Source: Guillardia theta CCMP2712 (lineage: Eukaryota; Protista; Cryptophyta). Taken from it: 64,000 nt of DNA. Below the pieces are notes generated by a model. It was not told the DNA's origin. It saw nothing but the letters and a program-made list of their open reading frames with translations, and did not search any database. Of this stretch, positions 11,067-22,500 are shown one piece after another; the stretch's first letter is position 1, and each line of letters opens with the position of its first letter. The stretch spans positions 203,726 through 267,725 of the forward strand of contig NW_005434625.1 in NCBI RefSeq assembly GCF_000315625.1. The letters are read 5' to 3'. Made by a program: the position numbers and the translations under genes.

Positions 11067-11847
11067 ATGGCTGACAGCAAGGAAGACCCGCTGAGGGGTA
11101 AGAGTCAGCAGGAGGAGGAGGAGGAGGAGGAGGAGGAGGAGGAGGAGGAGATCTACATAGAGGATGGCGCGGTGAGAGGGAGAGGCTGAGTCTGACTTCA
11201 TCCAGGCGTGCAGCGGTTCAGCCCATCGGAGGCGAGGAGGAACGAGCTGATGGAGATCCGGAGGAGGAATGACGAGAAGCTGTCGCAGCAGAAGGAGAAG
11301 AGGAGAGGTAACACACCGGCAGTATCTGCAAGTTGCTGACGCTTGTCGAAGGGGATGGAGGTGTGGTTGCCGGAGGAGGGGTGTTGGGGGGAGGAGCACG
11401 TGAGGTTAATCTCGGACGATTGCATTCAGCGAGGATTCGTGCCGATCAAGCTGAAAAAGACCGACAACATGCACTCCTGTGTGAGGAAGCAAAGAAGAAA
11501 GAGAAAGAGAAGCTTGAGATGAAGAAACAGATCCAAAGGATGAAGGTAGCTTGTGGCTTCACACACCTGGGGTGGTCATTGTTGTCACAGAGTATGAAGA
11601 ACGAGCAGCTGGAAAATAAGAGGAACCAAGATCTTTCGGAGACAGTGAGAGCAGCATGGAGTTCGCGAGATTCTGCAGGAAAGGTAAGAAGAGACAGCAC
11701 GGGACTCAGAGGTGGAGGTGAACGGTTCGAAAAGGACTTGGCCGACGAAGCAGATAGCGAGGAGCTTGCACTTCAGAAGGTGAACGACAGCGGCCTCTCA
11801 TATCGAATAACATCTCCTCCTTGCAGGCGCTTGAAGAGTCCATGTAA
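11067..11847 (+). CDS. Coiled-coil protein with C-terminal UIM-like motif
   Basis: K/E/R-rich exons; spliced end reads DSEELALQK|ALEESM* (TAA 11845-11847). Confidence 0.5.
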
Positions 11848-12532
11848 TCCGTGAACAAGCCGTGTCGTGAGCTCTGAAACTCCCCTTAGGAAGATATCTT
11901 CAGGCGAGCGAAAGGCGACGGCTCCGGCCAATCGGTTTTGAATTTCGGAGATGAAATGTTGTGAGATTGCGTCAATCAGGATAAAACGTTGCGAGTGGTG
12001 TGATAGCATCCTCATGCAAGACTGGAAAACAAGCTGTTGTGCCGCCTGCAGTGCAATCCGTGAGGACAGCATTGGTATGCCTTGATAGCTGCCGCCAGAT
12101 GCACTCATTGTCTCCTGCAGCAGATGCTTTCTCAGAGCAGAGAAGTTCTCCTGACGACCAGCGAGGGACAGCACCGACTAGCCATGAGAAGGCACCTGCC
12201 GGCACAGAGGCTGATGTTGACGAGGACTATGAGCTGCTGGAAGAACCTCCGACGACAGCTGACTGCATCGTCGTGCGGTCAGCCAGCCGTCTTAGCAGTT
12301 GCATTGCATGATGAAACTCTCGATCAGATTTCGTCTTCCTTCTGAGAAAGAGATCACAAGGAGGTTCCGGGCATCAGACCCGCTGCAGGTCTCGTGAGAT
12401 CGCGCTTTGGGTTCCCGATGACAGGATCCATCAGGCACTCTACAGCTTCCTGCCAACCCACGGGCTCGACCCAATAGCGCATGACGTGTGGCTCTCGTAC
12501 CCGCGGCAGGTAGGCAGGAAGACCGGGGCAGT

Positions 12533-13750
12533 CAGAGAGGCTCAGTCGCTCCTTGCAGGTCATCCCGCGAGTCCGAGATGTCGCCATCCAAGACTTGCAA
12601 GGAAGCGCCGGAGGGTTCAAGGTACATGTGGTCAGAAAGTGAGGGCCGGCAGCGGGCGAGGAGCCCAACGCGGCTCATTCAGCACATGGGGACAACACAG
12701 ACATCAATTTTACTCGGGCATCAGGTCCAGCTTCAATCCCTCAAAATCAGCCAGAGCCTCTGAGAAACTCCTGTCGGCAATGGTCAGAGCTCGGAAAAGT
12801 AACGAGGGACGTTTCCAACCATGCCTCGTTGCAATTAGACACGTCCTTTATCTTGTCAAGAAGAGAAACTGCCTGTCAATCCAAGCATTCAGCATCGAAG
12901 CATCGAAGCAGGTTTTTTTTAGAGTTGAAAAGGCACCTTGGAGTAAAACAACTCCAAATCACTGTCAGCGTCCTTCAAAACGGTCTGGATTTCTGCCATA
13001 AGGGCCTGCCACATTCATGTCACTCAGGGTCATATCATACGTTTACATGAAAGATACATCAATCGCTGAGCTCTTTTGTGCGAACCCTCCCACGTCTTCC
13101 CGGAGGGTCGAAGTTCTCTGCATGAGCGTTAGTGAAGGCCCTCGTTACTAAACAAACTGTGACTGACTTTCTGCATCTCGTCTTTGATGCATTGGACTGC
13201 TTGAGTCTCTTTGTTATCAAGGACGCTTCGTAGCCTGTCAACTTGCTCCTGATTCTCTCTCAGAAACAGGATGCTGCCTTGAAGTGGCTCAAGCACCTTG
13301 ATGTCGTTTGACTTGCTTGTGGCCGCAGCCTTGAGGCTATCAATCCCCTTCAGACAACTACCGAGAAATTCATCAGCGGTTGCCGTCAGAGGTCTTGGAG
13401 GAGATGAAACTGACCTCTTGTAGATCTTGGCGATGTGTCTCTTGCCCCTCTTGAGGGCGTTGAGAGCGTCACCCAACTCATCGACACTTTCCCAAGGCTG
13501 TCATCTAACGGCAGGGGGAGTTTGCTACTCACAGAGCATCCACACATTGAGAGTAGCCACTCTTGGTGTCCTCCAAGGCTGACTTTGTCTGCCTCTCGAG
13601 AAAAGCGACCTATCATGAGAGCGAACTTTTTCAGGCGAACCAACGCATGCGGCATTCTCTAACACACCATTTCAGTGGTGATTTGAATGTTGTCTTTGGA
13701 GGGGAGGACTTGCATCTCCTTACGCATCTAACGTGCATGAATCCACATTA
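12533..13750 (-). CDS. Hypothetical multi-exon helical protein, boundaries uncertain
   Basis: Coding-like minus-strand segments (e.g. 13129-13476) separated by short intron candidates. Confidence 0.3.
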
Positions 13751-15204
13751 GCACTTGCCGTCAGCAACTGTGAGCGAGACCTGCGCTTCTTGGGAATCAA
13801 GAGAAGGGTTTACAAGAATCAGGTTGTTCTGGTTTCCACGCCCATCTGAGGATAGCTGGAGCTCTGGGTGGCATTTCCACCTGTTCTAGGTTTACATGTC
13901 TTGATGTTGATTGAAAGAGAAATTACTCGTTGCCATTGAGGATGAACTTGAACTGCAAGATAGAATCTTTTCACATAATTGAATCCACGCACCCAAGTAC
14001 AACCTGATGTTCTCCCTTGGGAAGCTCCAGTTGCACGTCCCAAGAACCTCCGTCCCTGGTTCTCTTCCTGATGGACGCAAAGTCACAAGAACAATTGATT
14101 TCAAATAGACGTACAACGCATGGCGAGTTCCAAAGCCCGACCAAGATCCTGCCACCTGGACAAGCGTCACATACCAAGGTTTCGTTCGAGATCATGGGTG
14201 CACCTCAACAGAGTCATAAGTCTCCGCTGGATTCAATTTCTTCCATGAGATTCTTGTGAGCTTCGAGCTCTGGAGGTTATCCGACCTGTAAACGGCGAAA
14301 ATCTTTAGAAATATGCAAGCAGTCGCGATCAACCATGCCCACTTTTGCGCTTGTTGATACATCTTTGGCATCGCTCCTGCATTTGTCGGGCCGAACCCTC
14401 CTCTCAATCCCGTCATTTTTGAGCTGATCAGACGGTCTGAAAATCCAATCATACACCACCAATGCCACGTCCTCTGGTTACCACTTTCCATGCTCCCAGC
14501 CACCAGATCGATGTAGCAACTGGAAAACGCTCAATGAATGGATCGAAGAACGGAGATAGATTGGCAGCAGTACCCCATTGCCATAAGTAGAATGAACGCA
14601 AGCATGGCTCGTTCGCCTGTGATACAAGAAATCACTTGGTAAGCATGTGATTGCAGCCTGACTCTCATTGCCATGGAGCATACAAGGTCATTCTCTGCAA
14701 GGGGTGTGGCACGCGACATAATCGTTAGGAGCTCTCCTGTGACATGCCCGACCATCACTGGTAGAGCTCGTCTACCTTACACTCATCTTGTATGAAGCAT
14801 ACAATGGCAGGTCTATCACAAGGGCTCCGTCACAGTCTATTCATGGCTTCCTCTTGCGAATCTCTCTATCTGTTCCAAAAGGAGACCTTGCACATGGCTG
14901 CATCACGACGACATTTCTGTCTTCCTCCTCCCATGTTCGTCTTGTCTTCTCTTTTTGGCTTGCGGCTTCGTCTGCGCTCTTTCTATTTCTGCCCTTCCCA
15001 AGTCCATTGCGACTCTTGCCTTCAATTCAGAGTCAATTGGCGTGAGCTACAATTTTGATACTCTAAATATTGGAATAAATTTCAAAATATCAGTCAAACT
15101 TTGAAAGTTTATTCCATAATATTTTCAACATTATATTAGTTTTTAGATATTTCAGCCAACTTTCGTTGGATCAGTCCATGAGTCCCATGCCCTTTTGCAA
15201 GGAT

Positions 15205-15875
15205 GCACTGAGGGCCGCACAGGTAGTAGCCGTTACACAACTTGTAACGTCCGATATTTCTGGTGCTGAAGGGCCCAGGCCCGGCACCGTCAGTGTCCAC
15301 CGTCACCGTCGCGGCCGCGCGGCCGCACGGTCACACGGTGCCAGTCGGACTCGGAGGTCTCAGGACTGCCAGGGCCCGATTCATGAGTCCCGCCTCTCCG
15401 AGGCTCACGCCGACGGAGTCCGACCCGGCGAAAGTACGCCGGCCGCTTCGGCGAACCGCGAGGCTCCGCTGAGGGACTGTCCGTTGACGGAGCCTGGCAC
15501 AAGTTTGTTAGACAGTGTACTATGATTAGTTTGAAAGTCACCCGATCCGATCAACTCACTGTCACCGGGCCGATACGGTCAGTGACTCGTTCACTGCCGT
15601 GAGACGGTCGGCAGCCGGGCCAGTGATTACCGAGCCTGGCAGGCTGTGCCCGAGTGAGGCCAGTGAATTTCCAAGTTCAGCAGCCTCGTCACAGACTGAA
15701 CGGCTCGCCCTGCCGACTCGCCCCATGAGAGACACTGGCTGTGACGGTGGTCAGTACGGTACCGGCGGTCTGAGTCCCCGGTGATCACGGCCCCGGCGGC
15801 CGGGGCCCGGGCCCGTCGGGCTCGGGAACTTCGCCCGGGGACTCCATCGGACGGCACTGAACTAAGGGCCCCGGA
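15205..15875. other. GC-rich palindrome-word intergenic island
   Basis: Dense ggcc/ccgg/gtcac/gactc/cggtacc words; ORFs are only R/G/P/A low-complexity. Confidence 0.7.
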
Positions 15876-16717
15876 TATGAGATCTCTGACAACGAGAAAA
15901 CAAGGGTAGGGTGATCGAGCACCAAGGAGGGGTGGTATGAACGAGAAAGATGAAATTCCGAATAGGGTAGGGTCCAGGTATTTGTTGTGGGTACGGTGGG
16001 TGGTAATTGACGGGTGGGTAGACAACCGGGGTAGGAATACAGCCCAGTGTAGTGGTAGGGTATCAATGTTACCCCTTGATTTATGTCTTGTGTACTATCA
16101 AAAATTGGGTAGGGTCATACGAAGCTGGGGTAGGGAGTGTGGGGGTGGGGGGAATCGCGTCATATTTGTTGAGGGTGAAGCAGCAGCGATACCAAGAGGA
16201 GAACATGTAAGAAATGGCGGCGAGGAGATGTACCTTGCGATCTTATTGACGATGATATGATTTTGACTTTTGAGTTGATGTTGATAATATCCTCCTCCTC
16301 TTCCTCCTCCTGCCTCTCATTTTCTGCTCCTCCTCCTGACCTGGTGTACTCTGAACACCGGCTCTCAAGTCATTCTGTTTTCTGTTTTCTTGCATTTCCC
16401 CTCGATCCTCTTGCTGTTCTCTCGAAGCCACTCACTGAAAGACACGTGGGGCCTTGGAAAATCTTATTGTGATGATTTCCATCTGCATCTTCTTCGCATA
16501 ATCATCAGCCCTGTCGAACATTTTTGTTCTCTTGACCCACTTTCGTTTTCCTGTGTTCCGTTCTTATGGTACGTTTGTTAACGTCCAAGATACCATTGCT
16601 TCTGCCATGTTCTGCTGGATTTGGTCGAATTTCCGTCGTGTATCGACTTGTTGATTCTGTTCTTCATTCTCGATGTGGGGCTCTCGTCGTCCTGTTCATA
16701 ACCGTCTCCTCAGGTTC

Positions 16718-17345
16718 ATGGCTAAGACTCTCGCTGCCGTCGCCGTCCTTGCCGGATCGGCTTCCGCTTTCGCCCCCACCGCGATGCCCTTGAGGGCCCA
16801 GCGCTCCGGTGCTTCTGCCATGAACATGCAGGCCGAGCAGGTTTCCCGCCGCTCCGTCTTGGAGGGTGCCGCCCTCGCTGCCCTCGCTGCCCCCATGGCT
16901 GCCAACGCCATCGGCGAGGGACCCAGCAACACCTTCTCTGGACAGAACGGCATTGCCACCAAGACCGCCAACGGTCTCCTCGGAACCTCCATTGTCGGAG
17001 TCGGCAAGAACGGAGCCCCCAAGGTCAGTTTGCAAGGGCATGCAGGATGTTTGTGCATGACTGTGCCTGCAGGGTAAGAACTTCGCTCCCATGATCACCA
17101 TCTTCGATGCCCGTGGCTGCGATCGCGGTACATCCTGAGCAAGTGCCACCTTGGAACTGACGAGAATCTCAGGCGGAGTTGAGTACAAGGGACCCAAGGC
17201 TGGCACCACCGACGACGAGATGCTCGTCAAGGTCGAGCTCATCGGCATCAAGGTGCCCGAGTACCAGGCCGCTGCCTTCACCCGCGAGCAGCTCGGCTAC
17301 ACCTACCCCACCACCCGCTACCCCAAGAGCACATCCGGAAACTAA
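16718..17345 (+). CDS. cpeA: Cryptophyte phycobiliprotein (phycoerythrin) alpha subunit with tripartite targeting presequence
   Basis: Exons 16718-17023, 17073-17127 and 17173-17345. Signal peptide ends ASA-FAP, followed by a transit peptide and twin-Arg lumen signal SRRSVL...AANA. Core APMITIFDARGCDR-GGVEYKGPKAGTTDDEMLVKV includes the bilin-binding Cys. Confidence 0.93.
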
Positions 17346-17389
17346 ACAATGAAATAAACGGGGAAAGAGACAGTTACGCCTTTTCATAC

Positions 17390-20300
17390 TTACTCAAGCT
17401 CCTCAACATCACTCTCCTCCTCCTCCTCCTCCTCCTCCTCCTCCTCCTCCTCCTCCTCCTCTTCTACTTTCTCCTCCTGGCCCAGGTCCTTGTCTCGACT
17501 TGAATCCTCAGAGCATTCATCGACGTCTCGTCCAGCGAAGCTGTCTCTACTGGTGTCCTCGTCTTCCAGCGTACAGCTTCGCGCATGGTGTCCTTCCATG
17601 TCTGTGTCTGGTATAGAGCACGAGTCGCTCTCGTCCTCTATCCCAGTGAGGTCTATGATCTCGTGGGCAACCTGCTTCTGGCCCGCCTTCGCGTCCATCC
17701 GTTCTGCTGAGGGGTCAGCTCGGCAGCAACTGGGTCGCAGGTCAAGTCAAGACGTCTCACGTATCGCCTCGGGGTGCTTGTCAGAGCACTGATCGCAGAT
17801 GATATACTCCGCCGACCGAGCGATCTCCCCGCGCTGCCAGGCCTTCAGTCGAGTCGAACAGCAGGCTCAGCGACCTCGGCACAGATGTCGTTCCAGTCGA
17901 GGGGATGAAAATCGGAGGGCAGGTGATCATAACAGAAGACACGCTGGGGCTTAGCAGTCAGAGCATGCCCGCGACACCAGCTCGCACGACAGCACCGGGC
18001 AGAGGTTGCAGCGGAAGAGAAGCGATCCTTTCATGACGGCTGCCAGCAAGGATGATCGTCAGCGAGTTTCCAGCCAAGCTCTGAGACTTCACCGTTGCAA
18101 GAACAGACGGAGCAGCGATGTTGAGGGCAAGACACAGAGGTGACTGTGCATATCCCACACTTGCGATGAACTTCTGTTGAGTTACGAGCGTCAGAAAGTT
18201 GCCAGCGGTCAGAATCCTCTGCTTCTGCTCCTCCTGCTGACCCTCCCTGCTCTCCCTCCTCTCCATGTCGCCCGCACATCCCCACCCTCCATCTTACGGC
18301 GAAAGCATCCCATCAGCGAGCACTGCACGAGATCTCCACTCTTCTTCCTGCATTTGACGCAGAAGTCGTCAAAAACGAGAATTTTCTTCTGCTTGCTGGG
18401 CTGGCTGCTCTTCTCGTTCGGCATCGACCTGCCACCAGCTCGTTACCTCCTCCACTCTCCTCCTCATGAGCTTCTCATCTCACCGGTTGACGATCTTCAC
18501 AGGGAAACCATCGACCTGCACGGTAGTGGGCACGGACTTTCTCTTGGACACCTCCCGAGACTGATGGAGAAACCATTTCTCAGCGATGTTCTTCAGGCAT
18601 TCTTTACTGGTGAACTTCTTCCCCTCGAACGAGCGAGTCTCCCACAGTTTGGTGTCAAGGATATCCTCGGGGGGAGGTCGCTCCTCCAGCTTCCCTTGCT
18701 TGTTGTGGGTGTCCTCAATCATCTTATCGATGTCCTTCATCGTCAGCGGCCGCTCGCTCGAGCAGTCAGCCAGCAGCACCTGCTTCACCCCACAGCTCAA
18801 CACATCTCTCACCCTCCCCTTGGTCAACGAGTGGTCAGGATCGTCCTCGGGGAAGCAGAAGTCGTCTTGCAGCACGATCTGATTTAGCGCCACCTTCTGC
18901 TGAGCACGTTGAAAGATCCGCTCTTCAACCGTGTTCGCGGCTAGCAGCTGGTAGATCGTAACCTCCCTCTTCTGCCCGATCCGATGCACCCGATCCTGCG
19001 CCTGCTTGTCCCAGGTCGGGTTCCAGTCAGAGTCCATCATCACCACAGTATCTGCTCCTGTTAAGGTGATGCCGAGAGCCCCAGAGCGCGTGGAGAGGAG
19101 GTAGACGTAGGCGTGCGACTTGCCGCTGTTGAAGAGCTGGATCTCGTACTTCCTCCTGCAAGACGCGGTGCTTCCGTCGAGCCTGAGGTACTTGTGGCCC
19201 ACCAGTTCGCAGTAGTCCTGGATGACATCGAGCATGCGAGTGAACTGCGAGTAGACCAGGAGCTTGCGGCCTTGAGCGTGCAGCTTGTCGATGAGGCGGT
19301 GGAGGACCATCATCTTGGTAGAGTTGGTGACGATGTTCGCGTCCGTGCTCGTCGGGTCTGTCTCGGCGTCGGGGAAGAGGTAGGGATGGCAGCAGACCTT
19401 CCTGAGCTGCATCAGCAGGTTCATCAAGCTCTGCATGCTGCTGGAGCTGATTCGAGCATCCTTGAGGTGCGCGATGGAGCCTTGGTTCAAGAGGAGGAAC
19501 TGCTTGTACCAGAACTTCTGCATGCTGGTCAGGGGGCACCAGATGGTGTAGACCGTCTTCTTCGGCAGGGCCTGCTGAACATCCTTCTTCAATCTCCTCA
19601 ACATGAGCGGCTGCAGCAGCTTGTGTGCGGCTCGCATGAGCTCGAAGTCGAACTTGACGCCCTCCCACGTGCTGGAGAAAGCAGCATCGAAGAGCTCTGC
19701 GTCTGCGAAGAGGTCGGGAAACAAGAAGTTGACGAGGACCCACAGCTCGTGCATGTTGTTCTGGAGGGGCGTCCCGGTCAGAAGAATCTTGTTGACGGAT
19801 CGAATGTTGCTGCAAGGTGAGGCGAGGTCAACGAAGAACAAGAAGATGAGATGTGAGCTTTGTTCATGAGACGTGGGAGACATGGCAAAGACTGGGAGAG
19901 AGCACAGTAAGGTGAGAGGGGACAGGGCAGAAGACACGAGAGGGAGCAGAGATGGGCGAGGAGGTTGGAATCAAGAGCTAGTGACACCTGACAGCATGGA
20001 AGGCGAGCGAATTGTCGTTCTTGATCTTGTGGGCTTCATCCAGGATCAAGTAGTGATACACTGTCATGCCGATCCTGCCGAGGGCAACCAAGTCAGAACC
20101 GTGGTCGCGCGCTCTCACTCCAACACGCGAACCTTCTGCCTTCCGCTACCATCATCTCATAAGTTGTGATCATGACGTCGCACGTTCCTCCCTCCTCATT
20201 CCTGAGGCCTTCTAACACCTTGTCCCGGCACGGTTTCGCTCCGTGCAGGACCCGGACGTTGAGCGAGGGGCACCAACGACGGAACTCACTTTCCCAGGTC

Positions 20301-21676
20301 CCCAGCACAGAGAGAGGACAAACTACGAGATGCGTCCCCTTGGTCTCCTTCCTCTCTGCGAGCACTGCGAGCAGTGAGATTGTCTGGATGGTCTTTCCCA
20401 GTCCCATCTCGTCTCCTAAGATCATACCAACCCCGTTGTCGTTCATCCTGACAAGCCATTGCAGTCCTTCCAGCTGGTATGGGAACAAACTAAGTCCAAC
20501 AATGCTTGCCGGCTGCTTCTGCTCCTTCTGCTGGTTCGTATCCAGTGGGGAAGGAACAGCGTCCCCTATCAGCTTCCTCGCAAAGTTGCTCTCCTTCGAT
20601 CGCGACTCTGCGGGCAGAAAGGGAGCGACACACTCCCAGTTCTTATCCAGCCATCTTGACCTCCTTCGTTTGAACTCAACGGCAAAGGCAAGCACAGCTT
20701 CGTTATGGATGCGAGTCTTTGACTTGTGCGGCTCTTCTGCTGCAGGAGGCTTCAGCGCTGGCTTCTTCACCTTGGCCTTGGCAGCCTCCACGATCCTTTT
20801 CCGTTTTCTGTCCTCTCTGGTCTCCAACTCAACAACCCTGGATTCAAGGAACTCTGGCAGTCCCAGGAGTCAGCTAAATAGCAGCCAGCAAGTATCATCT
20901 ACCTTCTAAGAAGGTTGCCCACTCTTCACTGACCGTCTCCTCCGCCTCCTTCTCCGAGCTGGCGATCTCCTCGTAGATCTTGTACTCTTCCGTGGCTTTG
21001 AATGCCGCCCATGACATTCCCATCTCCTTCAAGGCCGCCGAGCCGAGCTTCCCCTTGTCCAGTCCAAAAAGCTTATACGAGTTCCTTCCCTGGGGCTCCC
21101 ACTGCGCTGCAAGCACCTCCTCCCTACTGCAGCCCACCTTTGCACAGACCTCCTCCTCGCAGATCTTGTCTGCCTTGAGCCGGATGATCTGCTGTATGTC
21201 GCGCTTGCAGAGAGGAGAAGCCAGCAGCACAGACTGATGCCTCCTCATCTCTTCCCGCAGGCTGTCGATGGAGCGACGGCTGATCGAACTCATCTTGTTC
21301 CTGTGAGGAAAACCCTTATCAGCTTGCAGACCTCTGGGGCCTTTCACGTCCCTCCCCCTTCCCCAACACAGTCAGTCCAACCAAGGTCCTCTTCCTGCCC
21401 TATCTGCTCCCTCCCTCCCTCCCTCCCTCTCATGATTCCAGCTACAGCGAAGTCTTTGAAGTGCTTTGCAGCAGCCACCCTTTTGCTCACCCACCCTCAG
21501 CGTCTTCCTCCTGTACATCTTCTTCCTTGTCTTTTGCCGTCCTCCTCTGCTGAAGTAGTTCCCTACCTCATCTCACTCCTCCTCCTCCTCCTCCTCCTCC
21601 TCCTCCTCCTCATCCCTCTTTCGCATCTTTCTGCCTCGGCATTTTCGGGGAGCTCATTTCGCGCGCCCCTAGCCAT
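17390..21676 (-). CDS. SNF2-family chromatin-remodelling ATPase with C-terminal Cys/His (PHD-like) fingers; start approximate
   Basis: ATPase motifs LFPYQLEGLQWL, LGDEMGLGKT, VCPLS, ILDEAHKIKN, LLTGTPLQNN, QLRKVCCHPYLF, RLDGST, LLSTRSGALG and DWNPTWDKQAQDRVHRIGQ. Downstream FCVKC, HRKC and CPQHRCSVC; acidic tail. Confidence 0.9.
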
Positions 21677-21739
21677 TTGTCGCCTTCCCTCTATGGAGAG
21701 TGGTCACCCATATTCCCGGATGCCAAGTTCCCTCGACTC

Positions 21740-22500
21740 GTCGGTCAGACCGACGGGCGGCGCCCGGCCGGTGGCGGCTGACTGGCAGTGTGACCGTTTG
21801 ACTCAGTACTGAGTTTTTTAACTTAACTTTGAGTAAACCGTGAGGTACGAGCACCACACTAGTAGAGTGCCTCACAGAGTCTCCTCTCCTGATTACGGTG
21901 CCCGGCCCGCGGCCCCCGGCCGGGGCAGCGTATTATCCAGTGAGTAGCCTCACTGACCTATAGCCGGGCAGGACTCTGGCCGGGCGCCCGGCGCCATACG
22001 GAGTAGTACTACCGCGTCACGGTCACGGTAGTACGGTATCATGAGTCATCATGATCATACCGTCGGTATACCGGGGCGTACCGTACCGGCGTATCACCGT
22101 ACCGTACGGTACGGTGCCACCGACACTCCGGTGACTCCATAGCGTTGCCTTTCTCAATTGACCTTGGAGCTCTAAAACGTTTCGCGGTGAGGGTGGTAGA
22201 TTCAAATCCACGCATACCACGCCTCATGTGGGGGCGGGGTGGGTCTTCCGACCGTGTTACGGTAGTACTGAGTGCACTGGGAACATTACGACGTCATGAT
22301 CTTGAAATTTCAACCGGTCCATTTCTTTCTGAACCGGGGGCCCGGGGGGGTACGGGACGGTACCGTGCGCGATAGTGACGGTTGAAGGCGGCTGGTCGGG
22401 CCCGGCCCGGGGGCGATTGAGTTGCAAGCCTCGGAACTTTATGGCAGGCTGAGGGCTGACTCGGATCATAAGGCGGCTTGCGGGTGCGTTTGAATTCATT
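21740..22500. other. GC-rich palindrome-word intergenic island
   Basis: Same vocabulary; contains a perfect 22-bp palindrome caccgtaccgtacggtacggtg at 22095-22116. Confidence 0.7.
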
